The notes beneath the pieces are model-generated. The model worked only from the letters and a program-made list of their open reading frames with translations. It did no database searches and was not told the origin of the DNA. From positions 21,224,698-21,288,697 of the forward strand of contig NC_068988.1 in NCBI RefSeq assembly GCF_001194135.2: DNA of 64,000 nt, written 5' to 3'. The position numbers and the translations under genes were made by a program. The number at the start of each line of letters is the position of its first letter. Within the stretch, counting starts at the first letter, position 1. Shown here one piece after another: positions 39,399-50,891 of the stretch. The stretch comes from Octopus bimaculoides (lineage: Eukaryota).

Positions 39399-40059
39399 GT
39401 GAGGATTCAGTGCTGAACTGTACTGTTTCATATTTTGGTACTTTTCATTAAAAAAAAAAAAAAAAAATTACTCTTTGATACTAAACTAGGAATGTAAGCC
39501 ACTGGAAGTTCTATTTGTTTTTCAAGAGATAGCTTTAGTAGTAGTAGTCTTTGGTTAACTTTTTAACTAATATATGTGTGTGTGTTTAATGTTTTGCATC
39601 TAATTTTATATACTAGTGTGGGTGGGAACCCTTTTTGCACATTTGGATATTTACACAGCCTGACTGGCTAACAAGAGCTCACTACAGCTTCATGGTTGAG
39701 TGCATAGCAGATGGAACTTCGTTGAGCTGCAAAAGAAAATGTAGAAATCTCTCTTCCAACTGTGTACAAATACCTTCCCATCCACTCTAGTACAGAACAG
39801 CTGATTTAAAACGGTAAATAAATTTCTAATATAACACACACAACACACGTGCATGTGTGTGACTTTGAATATGATTTGCTGTATTAACTAATACAAATTT
39901 CTGCTTGTAGTGAATTATTTTCTTGAAGTGTGAAGTTGGTTGAGGCAAACACCATTACTGTTATGTTTTAGATTTGTTTAGACAAAAATGAAACTAGTGC
40001 AATGTGTATAATTTTATTAAAAGTATAGCCTTATGCAATAGTTAATTATATCATCAACT

Positions 40060-40480
40060 ATCCATGGCTTCTTATTTATTTTATCAAAATATTCCATCAG
40101 TTTGATTAAAGGAGATGGTGCTGGGTCTCCGAGACTGAGACTGTTTCTCTTAAGTAGTTGCAAGTTGTCTGCCGGTGGTGGGTGGGGTTCTGACAGTGAT
40201 AGAATTCAAGAGAGATGATGTCCTGGAGAAGGTAGACTTAGAAATAGATTAGTGCAGATCCTTAGAATGGGGTTAGGGTAGACACACTATGGGTGACACA
40301 GTGAAAGAAGAAAAGATGAACAAGCTGTCTAAGTGGAATTGGTACAAGATTTGCCATTTCAAAGGAATAGAGTTTCTGTGGTAGTGATAGTAAAGACAGT
40401 GGGGAGATAGCATGTTAGTGAGCCAGGGGTTAGTGTACTACTCTGACATGGTTAGTTCTTCTAGTTAATATGGCTTAATT
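40060..40480 (-). mobile_element. CR1-group LINE 3' fragment
   Basis: Minus strand PLAH*HAISPLSLLSL...SFEMANLVPIPL resembles the CR1-type ORF2 C-terminus. Related fragments at about 23440-23760 and 25900-26400 (HFSKSFFSRIATLWNC), both minus. Confidence 0.6.
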
Positions 40481-41526
40481 CTCAATAACAAATTGATCGA
40501 TTTGATCTAGTATTTTCCCTTTATATCCATTTAATCCAAATCTTAGTGGAAAGGTCAATTCTATTTGAGGTATATTAAAATATTATTAGTATGGTTTGTA
40601 CTATTGCTTATTGATATTAGTTAAACTGGGAGTAAAGTTAACAAAAAAGATGGAATTTTAAATGAAACTAGTTGAACTGAATGCTTCTCTATCAGGTTCT
40701 AATGTAGTGCGAGCTCTGTGCAAGAACATGTAGACAGGCATATAGTTATATAGTTGTATATCTGTACATATATATTCACAAAGATTTGGTTGATATTCTG
40801 CTGTTGAAGAACAGTTAACCCTAGCATTCAGATTACTGTCAAATGTTATGCTTATTTATTCACATTGTTTTGCATTAACCTTGCATTATTTTGTAGCTTC
40901 AATATTTTGATTTGATTATTGTTTTTGAGTGGCATTGTAAAGTAGGTGTGAGAGGCTGGATCTAGCCAGTTTGAGCATAAAATGGACAGACTATTTGGCT
41001 GGACATAGCTGGTTTAAATACCAACATAACGTAAAATTTGTAGGTTCTTGAGTCTGAGCTATGATACAGAGGTGTGCGTATATGAGAATAGGGATTTACT
41101 TTCAGCTCTCTCTCTCACTCACACATCCTGTTAATCTGTTCAATCTGAACTACAAAAATTTAAATGGATAACTGTGGTCAGGAATTGTATCCTTTTATTA
41201 GAGTACAGTGTAGGTTAATCTACTTGTCTGACTTCCTAGCTGAAAAAAATTGTTGTTCATTCCACGTCATTGTTAGCCATAGAAAGGGCATACAGTTTAA
41301 AGGTACCAGATCTGATAAATTATGTGTAAATATTCATATTTTCAGTTCCATATAGCATGAGAAATCTAAGAATTGCGGATTATAACACACACACACACAC
41401 TTGTTGAATTGAGTGGTTACATTTTCTTTCAGTTATTCTTCAAAGAGCTTTTATAGATGAACCATATTTTCTTTCTTTGGTACAGAGAACAGCGATAGTG
41501 TGGTGTATCATTTTTATGTTTTGTTA

Positions 41527-41695
41527 CCAGGGGGCATAGCTAGGGTGGGACAAGCAGGGTACATGCCCTGGGTGCCACTTTGAGGGGGATGCAATTTTGG
41601 CCAAGATCATTTTCTAATTGAGCCATTAAAAATTTTGGTTTGTGGGTCAGGGTGTAATTTTGATGCTTGCTCTGGTGCCATTTACCCTATCTATG
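41527..41695. mobile_element. Degenerate MITE-like element
   Basis: Starts cagggggcatagctaggg; far end ccctatctatg is a degraded inverted copy. Confidence 0.3.
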
Positions 41696-42350
41696 TTTGT
41701 TACCCTTTTTTCTCTCTTCTGAAAAGGCAGTTAAAGACCCATTTTGCTGGTCCATTCTAGAAGAAAATGAAATCCAAGTAATATCAATCAGTCCAATTTG
41801 TTGTTTCCATTTACAGATCAAGTTGCTGAGTATTGGACTGTGATTTGCTGTGATATTTTAGTTTTAATATTATTGGTCTTTGTTATTGTGATATTGTTTG
41901 ATGAACATGAATAAACATAAATGTTGATTTGTATTTGTTATACGATGTCAGAAGTGACAAGGTATTTGATAATGGAATTGTTGAAAGTTTTTTTTTTTAT
42001 GTTGGTAGTATTAGCTGTGTGGTAATATGATAACTGGATATTTTGTTTCTGTTAGGTAATATGTTGTGAGGTTATAAATCATTTAAAATCATGTTGTGAT
42101 GGCTAGTGTAATGTAAAAGTTTCTTTTTATAATGTTCATTGTAAGCAGGTGGTGTCTGTTGTGAATTGGATATGTTTTAATGTATCTTCAGTAAAATATA
42201 AACGCTATACATGCACAAGATTTCAGCAAGTTGTACATTAGTTAACATAACTGCTTGTTGATCTTCCTGTATTTATTTCCTTAAATCAAATTTCATGCTG
42301 TAAAATAATTCAAAGCTTTAATTCTGGAAACTTATCCAATTTTTCTACAG

Positions 42351-42383
42351 GTCTGTGCCTAGCCATATTTCAGGATGTAGAGG
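42351..42383 (+). CDS. Candidate nudE 33-nt micro-exon
   Basis: ttttctacag| acceptor and GG|gtagga donor; phase 2 to 2; SVPSHISGCR(G). Followed by an 80-nt intron with a ctaat branch-like motif. Confidence 0.4.
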
Positions 42384-42463
42384 GTAGGAACAAGGCTTGT
42401 GTTTCCCTGTTCTTGCTTGATTCTGCTTTGTCTAATTGTGTCGTTGTTTATGTCATTTGGTAG

Positions 42464-42689
42464 GTCTTCATTTGCTGTCCATTTGCTAGTGTCCCCGGCT
42501 TCTCAGCCAGATAAACAATGCATTGAAAGTCTTCAGAGAATGCTATTTGATGCTGTCAATAAGTACCCTGAATTACTGAACTGTACAGCACGCCTTGTCT
42601 CTGCCAGCCATCCTCGAGCTAACAACAACAGCTGCTGGCCAAATGGATGCAATGAAACAAACAGAAACACAACAAGACCGGTCGCTTGA
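42464..42689 (+). CDS. Candidate nudE terminal exon (74 aa)
   Basis: tttggtag| acceptor; phase 2; open to TGA at 42687-42689 (SSFAVHLLVSPASQPDKQCIESLQRMLFDAVNKYPELLNC...TTRPVA*). Richer in GC and CpG than the flanking intron. Confidence 0.45.
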
Positions 42690-43690
42690 ACTACTCTGTG
42701 AATTAGAAAAGGTTTTTCATATTGACAGGTAGGCCCGACATGCACCTCCTCCGCTCTGATGACACGCCTTCCAATCGACACACCTTAAGCTTTAAAATTC
42801 AGCCAACACTACCATATTCTGTAGTATGTCTACCGTTCTGCAAATCAACAAAGATGTGTCCTGAAATAATGCTCTGATCTTCCAAGAATTGAGACCTGGT
42901 CGTCGTGTTTGTTAACTATCATTGCTGTATTGCTGACCATTTATTATGATTAATCTTTTCATCTAAACACAAACAACAGCTGAAAAGTTAATTTGTCATC
43001 TCCGAGCAATTAACCAACTCAGTTGTTGTTTTGCCTGTCCAAATTGCTTCACCAGAAGTCTATATGGAAACTAATGCAGACATGATACTGAAATCTGATG
43101 TTATACATTGGCTTAGCAGTCTGTTAAAAGCATTAGCAAAAGTTGTTCATGTTGGCTGTAATGGCTGAGACACAGGCAAGAAAATGAGTATCATGTCCCA
43201 AATTTGATTTGTTTCCAAACGTAGTTCCTTCCACCCTGCCTTGTCTGCATTTCTGACCCTTCAGTCTTCCCCCTTCATTGCAGAAGTCATAGTAAATGTT
43301 GTTATGTTGTATTTCATTCTGTTGCTTTCTTTGTCATGCAAGCATTTGTTGTTCAATGGTCTCAGTGGCAGTTTACATCATTTCAGGTCTCCTAGAATTG
43401 CTGACACTTTTTTCTTTATTATTTACATACTCTCAACTAGTTTTACTTTTATAATTGTTTTATTTTTTAAAAATTTCATGCACATACACGCACACACACA
43501 CTCTCCCATTTAAACATACTTCTATATTTTGATTTTTTAGTGTGCATATACAATGTTTTATATAGAGAATTGAGGTATTTTCTTAATATTTACTATGGGG
43601 ACAAAGTATGTAAGCTGTTATTTTTGTTGTCTTAAAACATTTCTTGTGTTTTAATCTGAATTTTCTATCTTAGCTTTTTTTTTTTTTTTC

Positions 43691-43912
43691 CATTCATTGT
43701 CACACTTGTTCATGTTATTTATTGCTGCTCCTGTTGTCGATCTGTTTTGAGTTCGAATGCATACCCTGGCAACAACTGTTTCTTTCTTTTTTTTTTTTTT
43801 TCATTCATTGTCACACTTGTTCATGTTATTTATTGCTGCTCCTGTTGTCGATCTGTTTTGAGTTCGAATGCATACCCTGGCAACAACTGTTTCTTTCTTT
43901 TTTTTTTTTTTT
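43691..43912. repeat. Perfect 111-bp tandem duplication bounded by poly-T
   Basis: 43691-43786 is identical to 43802-43897; each copy is followed by a T run. Confidence 0.9.
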
Positions 43913-44526
43913 AAATTTCTACCTCCTAATTGTATTCCCCCCCACACACCAATGTTTCCATTGGCTCTTTTCACATTTGCTTATCCTTCTTACCATTGTC
44001 ACTTGTGCAACAACAACGGTGGTGCATGTGTGTTTGTTATGTGTTTTGTTGTTGCTCCCTACAGGCAGCAGCTTCTCAGTGCCACCACATATTCTGATAG
44101 AAGGCAATGGAAAGGCAGTATTGGTGAGGAATATTGCATCATTTATATGTATTTTCTTCTTCTACTGGCTCCGACACACATCTTTCTCTTGCTTGAAACA
44201 TTTATCACATCTTCTGTTCATTTACACCTCTCAATTTCTTCTTTTGTTTCCACAGTAACTTTTTCTTTTGTCCCTTATTGCTATAAGCTTCCAGATTCTT
44301 CCTTCGTGTTTGTGATTATGTGGCTTTATTTCATCCTGATTTCAGCACCTTTGTTATCACTCAGTCTTTCCTCCTCCTACTATTATTGCAACCACATGTA
44401 TGACACATTGTTCTTTACACCAATGTCAACCAAGACACTAGTCAAATACTATCTAGTTTCATCAAAACAGCACAGTGACCAAATGATATGTTGGCCTGAA
44501 ATATAGTTGTGGCTTATTCATTGTTT

Positions 44527-44919
44527 GTGGAGGCGCAATGGCCCAGTGGTTAGGGCAGCGGACTCGCTGTCATAGGATCGCGGCTTCGATTCCCAGACCG
44601 GGCGTTGTGAGTGTTTATTGAGCGAAAATACCTAAAGCTCCACGAGGCTCCGGCAGGGGGTGGTGGCGAACCCTGCTGTACTCTTCCACCACAACTTTCT
44701 CTCACTCTTACTTCCTGTTTCTGTTGTACCTGTAATTCAAAGGGTCAGCCTAGTCGCACTGTATTACGCTGAATAGCCCCGAGAACTATGTTAAGGGTAC
44801 ACATGTCTGTGGAATGCTCAGCCACTTGCACATTAATTTCACGAGCAGGCTGTTCTGTTGATCGGAACAACTGGAACCCTCGACGTCGTAAGCGACGGAG
44901 TGCCAACAACAACAACAAC
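44527..44919 (+). mobile_element. tRNA-derived SINE, family A ((CAA)n tail)
   Basis: A box TGGCCCAGTGG and B box GCTTCGATTCCC; TSD attcattgttt at 44516-44526 and 44920-44930. Confidence 0.92.
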
Positions 44920-45878
44920 ATTCATTGTTTATCTGTTAGGATCCTATTATGAGTAATTGAATTTTTTTAATGCTCTCTACTGTTCAGAAGACACTTTTAT
45001 CTTTGATGGGTAAAAGGTTTAACCAGCATACATAACTTATTATATTGGGTGTATGTATGCTAGTTTGAATCAGTTAGTAATTTGGTCATTTGAATACTTC
45101 TGTGCTATAGGTCTTCTTAAGACTAACCGACATGCACTAGCTGACTGGGTCTGTCTAAATTCTTATCTTTCCATGAATAGTGGTCTGGCTGACTATACTA
45201 CTATACTACCCTACTCATTCCAACGATATTACTGTTACTAGGGGTTGGTTGGTTAACACACCTGTCTTCTCAGTCTGAACAGAAATGAAAGTTTAAACAA
45301 AACTCATCTTAATTCTTCATCTTATAGCTGATTATTTGTGAGAGAGAACACCCTACCTCAATAACTTATAGTAGTATTTAAATTTGCAGAGAAATGTATT
45401 TTCAATCTCTTCATTCTGTTATATAGAAATGTGGAAATTACATAATTAAAACAGCAAAGAACTTTAAAAGTTAAGATTCTGCCAGTTCTTTGAAGCTATT
45501 GTTCAGACAACATCTCTGATATGTAAGGTGAACAAATTATCTCTTTACTGTTTTCAATTCATTCCATTCATCTTTCCTGAAAAAGATGAATTTGATGTTC
45601 ACAGTTGATATGAAATGTTGGTGTATCACTTAGGACATATTTAAAAAAAACATTGAAGACAAAAGTCTGTGACGTTTCATTGAAAGCAGGACACAATTAG
45701 CTAACAAAAGCCCTATTGTGTGAGGAAACAATATCCATTGAATAATACATGTAAATATTGATTATTGATGAAGAAGTTTACCTTGAATACATTTAATGGT
45801 CGCTTAATGTTGAATGGATTGAGTTATTTCTCTCGAAACAAAAACATTTGTTTTTAGTTATTAGATACACTGTCACAT

Positions 45879-46258
45879 GTGGAGGTGCAATGGCCCACTG
45901 GTTAGGGCAGTGGACTCGTGGTCATAGGATCGCGGTTTCGATTCCCAGACCGGGCGTTGTAAGTGTTTATTGAGCGAAAACACCTAAAGCTCCATGAGGC
46001 TCTGGCAGGGGATGGTGGCGAACCCTGCTGTACTCTTTCACCTCAACTTTCTCTCACTCTTACTTCCTGTTTCTGTTGTGCCTGTAATTCAAAGGGTCAG
46101 CCTTGTCACACTGTGTCATGCTGAATATCCCTGAGAACTGCGTTAAGGGGTACATGTGTCTGTGGAGTGCTCAGCCACTTGCACGTTAATCTCACTAGCT
46201 GGCTGTTCCGTTGATCAGATCAACTGGAACCCTCTACGTCGTAAGCGACGGAGTGCCA
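45879..46258 (+). mobile_element. tRNA-derived SINE, family A
   Basis: Same body as 44527; TSD acactgtcacat at 45867-45878 and 46259-46270. Confidence 0.92.
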
Positions 46259-46874
46259 ACACTGTCACATATTAGATAACAGCTTAGAACATGACAAACT
46301 GAACAGCTCAAGTAACTAGCCACATCCTGAAGGATGTTTGGTAGACTTACCCCCTTAACGGAACGTCTTTTGGTTTTTTAATTATTGTATCTGTTCTCAG
46401 CACCACTCTTGTCTGTACCTCTCTGAGTTATAGATTCCTCATTTCTGTAGCAAATTTCACTTTTAACACGAAACCACACTAGTGGTCTACTCAAAGTTTT
46501 GTGTGTGCCACATCAACTTTATGCTACCTTTTCTTTTGTTGTGTTGTGCATGTTATGGAGGAGCCAGTTAGCATAAATACTTGTACACTTGCTGCATGGA
46601 AGAAATAATAGATAATGAAATGATAATGATAACTGGTATGGGTAAACAGTCTGGAGCATGATGAAAAAGAAATGCTGGGACTAAGGAACATGGCTTGTTT
46701 TGTTTTATTATATGATAATATACTACTGCATTGTTTTGTTTTTTAATTCTAATTTACTAACCTTGTGTGAGTGTTGCAGATGGCCAAATTGATTGATATA
46801 AGGGATAAATGATGACCAGCAGTTCATCTCTTGTCTCTACCATTGTGTTTTGATTGTTGACTAAGACATTTAAC

Positions 46875-47259
46875 GTAGAACCGCAATGGCTCATTGGTTA
46901 GGGCAGCGGACTCAGTCATAGGATCGCGGTTTCGATTCCCAGACCAGGCGTTGTGAGTGTTTATTGAGTGAAAGCACCTAAAGCTCCACGAGGCTCCGGC
47001 AGGGAATGGTGGCGAACCCTGCTGTATTCTTCCACCAAAACTTTCTCTCACTCTTACTTCCTGTTTCTGTTGTGCCTGTAATTCAAAGGGTCAGCCTTGT
47101 CACACTGTGTCACGCTGAATATCCCCGAGAACTACGTTAAGGGTACACACGTCTGTGGAGTGCTCAGCCACTTGCACGTTAATTTCACGAGCAGGCTGTT
47201 CTGTTGATCGGATCAACTGGAACCTTCGACATTGTAACCGACGGAGTGCCAACAACAAC
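46875..47259 (+). mobile_element. tRNA-derived SINE, family A
   Basis: Same body; TSD aagacatttaac at 46863-46874 and 47260-47271. Confidence 0.92.
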
Positions 47260-47534
47260 AAGACATTTAACTCTCATTAGCTTCTTTTGCCCTAACTATA
47301 AATAGGAACAAACAAGCAGCCACTGAGTAGCTGGTTTGAACGGCTGAAAGTACTGGGTTCAAATTCTTCTTTGGGCCTGGGTTAGGCAATGGTAGACATT
47401 TCCTATGTATGTGTGTATCCCCTACCCACTGATTACTACTTGAAATGTAGGCACTTCAGTGGTGCCCTAATGGCAAATGAGAAAGAGAATTAAGTTACTA
47501 ACTACTACTACTACTACATTGCTGCTGCTATTGT

Positions 47535-47587
<53 letters not shown>

Positions 47588-49794
47588 AAATAAATATAAC
47601 CATTTTAAACAATGATAGTTAGGTTAGTTAATTGTATGGGTTTTTGATGAATTAATTGATAATTTACTGCATGTTGTTGTTACCTGTGTATGTTATTGTC
47701 AGCTGAAGGCCACCTTGACTCCAAATTACTATTAATAGGTCTGCTTGGTCTGCTAACTTAAGTAACCAAGACAAGCTCACATGATTAAGAATTTCATTTG
47801 GCAACCACACAGTTTTGGATTTAATCTCTTTTCATGGTACCAGGTTACCTTGGGCAGGTGCTTTCTGCTATAAACCTCAGGTCGACCAGAAGCTTGTGAA
47901 TGAAATTTGGTAGAGGGTAACTGGAGTGGAAGCTTGTTCATTTTTTTTTTTTTTTTGCAATTTTNNNNNNNNNNNNNNNNNNNNNNNCCCCCCCCCCATT
48001 CGCTTCATAACTTGGGTGCGGATTCATTTATAAAGCAAGATTTCACATCTGGATGTTCTTTCTGTTGCTGCCAGTCCTCACATGTTTTCCAAGTAGGGGA
48101 TCTTTTTTTATTTCACTGGTCTTTGAAAGCACAAAGCCATTGGTTGTAATGTAATATACCACCATTATTTGTCTGTGATAATTATCATGCACATCTGCAT
48201 GTGCACTCACACATGCACACATGTATGTAGGAGAGGCTCAGGGATATAGTGGAAAACACCTGCTCAAGGCATCACTCTATGGGATTGAACCCAGAATCAC
48301 AAAGTTGCAAAGTGAATTTTTTAACCACACAGCCTTGCGTGTGTGTGTGTGTGTGTGTGTATATGTATATGTATGTATACATGCACTCTTTTACTTGTTT
48401 GTCATTTGACTGTGGCTGTGCTGGAGCACCACCTTTAATTGAACAAATTGATGCCAGGACTTATTCTTTATAAGCCTAGTACTTACCCTATCAGGCTCTT
48501 TTGCCAAACCACTAAGTTATGAGGACATAATCACACCAAAGCGATGGTGTGTCTGTGGGGTGGGGAACAAACACTTACAAATATATATATATATATATAT
48601 ATGATGGACTTCTTTTAGTTTCCATCTACCAAATCCACCCAGAGGGCTTTGGTCAGCTATAGTAGAGAACACTTGCCCAAGGTGTCATGCAGTGGGACTG
48701 AACCTGGAACAATGTGGTTGGGAAGCAAGCTTCTTACCACACAGCCACTCCTGCACCTATATACATATAATGTGTGATGATTGTAAATGTATGAGTCGCT
48801 CATACAAGTGGTGTCCTTCACTTTCATTATTCTGTGGAAACCTGTCTGGCCATAAGGAAGCATTACTTTGCTTCGGAACAAGTCAGGGTTGTTGTCAATA
48901 ATAGCATTATGCTGTAAAAAGAATCTGCTTCAGTAAACTCTGTCTAACCCATGCTATCATGGAAAAGTGGACATTAAAACGATAATGATGATGATATTAA
49001 TGCTCCATCAGATTTGGTGAGTGATTCAGTTGTTCACTCAATGGAATTATGAAATTGTTGAATTAAAGAGCAAGTGGCTGTTTATTCCACAGAAACCTTT
49101 ACCTTTGATGTAATCCGCCAGCTGGTTCAGTGTGACACAAGCATGAAGAGACTGTCCCCTTTGAGTAGCAGGTGCTGTCCATTAAACTGGCTTCCATACA
49201 CCTTCCACCGAACCAGTTTCAGTCACAAAGCTATGTCTTTAAGACACTTGCCAAAGGTGCCATACAGTGAGACTGAACCTGGAACCATGTGGTTGGCAAG
49301 CAAGCTTCTTACCACACAGCCACACCTGTTTTTGCAGCTCTATTTCTGCAAGTCTGTTTCTGTATGTTCTAATTACATTCCTTTATGTCCAGCTCAATTT
49401 TTGCCATTCTGGCTCTAATATAATTGACCAAAACTCTTGGCGGTGGTGCCCCAGCGGGATTGGTCCAGTGACTGAATCCAGTTGAAGGATTGAAAAGATG
49501 AAATTCAATGTGCATTTTAAAATTCCTACCTCATTTGTCCTTGTCTTTTGGCAATATTTACAAAGTCAGTTCTAAAAACGACTAACTATATTGATGAGCA
49601 GATTTGAAATCTTATGAGTTATTCAAATCCCATCCTTCTTTCTTCTTCTGTCTACATTTCCCTTGTCAATATGTCTTTGATGTGTTTTATGTTTAAAATA
49701 TTAATTACAGCTTTTGTCTTTGAAAAGTGTTGCTTGAAAGCTAAAAAGTTTTACTTTTATGACTTTTTTTTCCTGTCATTGTGAAGATATTTAA

Positions 49795-50349
49795 CCCTTT
49801 AGCATTTAAACTAGTTATATCCAGCCCAAATAGTCTGTCTTGTGTTCAGACTTGCCAAATCAAGCCTTTTACACCTACCCTACAATGTCATTCTAAAAAT
49901 AATCAATTACATCATTGAAATCTCAAAGCTACGAAATAATGCATGATTACTTCAAAACAATGTGAATAAAGAAGCATTACATTTAGTAGTGAAGGCGCAT
50001 GGCTCAGTGGTTAGAGTGTAGGGTTCACAATCACAAGATAGTGAGTTTGATTCCCAGACCAAGCTGTGTGCTGTGTTCTTGAGCAAGACACTTTATTTCA
50101 CGTTTCTCCAGTTAACTCAGCTGTAGAAATGAGTTGCGAGGTCAATAGTGCCAAACTGTATTGGCCTTTGCCTTAACATCAGTGGTGTGGAGTGGCTAGA
50201 CTGGTATGCATGGGCAACTGCTGGTCTTCCGAAAACAATTTTGCCCCGAGCTTGTGCCTTGGAGGGGAAGTTTCTAGGTGTAACCCCACGGTCATTCATG
50301 ACCCAAGGAGGTCTTTTATATTTGGTTGAGTAACAGGAATACTAAAGGG
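49795..50349. mobile_element. piggyBac-type MITE
   Basis: TTAA|CCCTTTAGCATT ... AATACTAAAGGG|TTAA; an inverted, degenerate second copy at about 40815-41015. Confidence 0.75.
49988..50325 (+). mobile_element. tRNA-derived SINE, family E (nested in a MITE)
   Basis: Head gaaggcgcatggctcagtggttagag...gtttgattcccagacc; second copy at about 29430-29710. Confidence 0.8.
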
Positions 50350-50465
50350 TTAAATACACCAAATTTTGTCTAAACTAGAATGTTGGATATATGCGTATTA
50401 TTCTTTTTGTGTTTTTGTTTCTTAAATTATATTTTAGAAATTGTTTCTTTTGCTTTTCTTGAAAG

Positions 50466-50891
50466 GTCATCCCGTTTGAAGCGAGGAGCAGTCCATCAGC
50501 GAACCCCTTTGAATGTGACTATGTGACAACCAGCATCTCCAAGGAACACGAGCACAGCTGTTACAGCCAGCAGAACACAACACATTTTAGGCAGTTTAGC
50601 ACATGTCCATTAAGTGTGCCAGACCTTTTACCTCTTTGTTCTCTTAGTTGTGCTGGCTTTCTGAGTTTGGTTCTCTTGGAAGTGACTGTAATGGTATGGT
50701 TGGGGAATGAGTGTGAAACATGGATGGGAAAACTGAGTCCTGCCAGGCTGGTTCATGCCCTTCTATCACCAGGCACTTTGCTGCTAGCTGTGTTGCTTGA
50801 TGTCACCACAAGTTATTACTGCTTTAATGCTCTATTCAAGCTGGAAGCTGGCTATATCTTTATATGCCCCCAGCCATTCTTCACTGTGTAA
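50466..50891 (+). CDS. Candidate distal terminal exon readable in two frames
   Basis: Long pyrimidine tract ttgtttcttttgcttttcttgaaag|. Phase 2 gives SSRLKRGAVHQRTPLNVTM* (stop 50524-50526). Phase 0 gives 141 aa to TAA at 50889-50891. Confidence 0.45.
   Translation, partial: VIPFEARSSPSANPFECDYVTTSISKEHEHSCYSQQNTTHFRQFSTCPLSVPDLLPLCSLSCAGFLSLVLLEVTVMVWLGNECETWMGKLSPARLVHALLSPGTLLLAVLLDVTTSYYCFNALFKLEAGYIFICPQPFFTV

Noticed and set aside
43722-44506. 178 and 212 aa hydrophobic ORFs
   Set aside because: T-rich low-complexity UTR or intron sequence inflated by the 111-bp duplication.
44527-44600. tRNA-like sequences with A and B boxes
   Set aside because: SINE heads continuous with SINE bodies and TSDs; no complete cloverleaf. 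No true tRNA, rRNA or CRISPR array was found.
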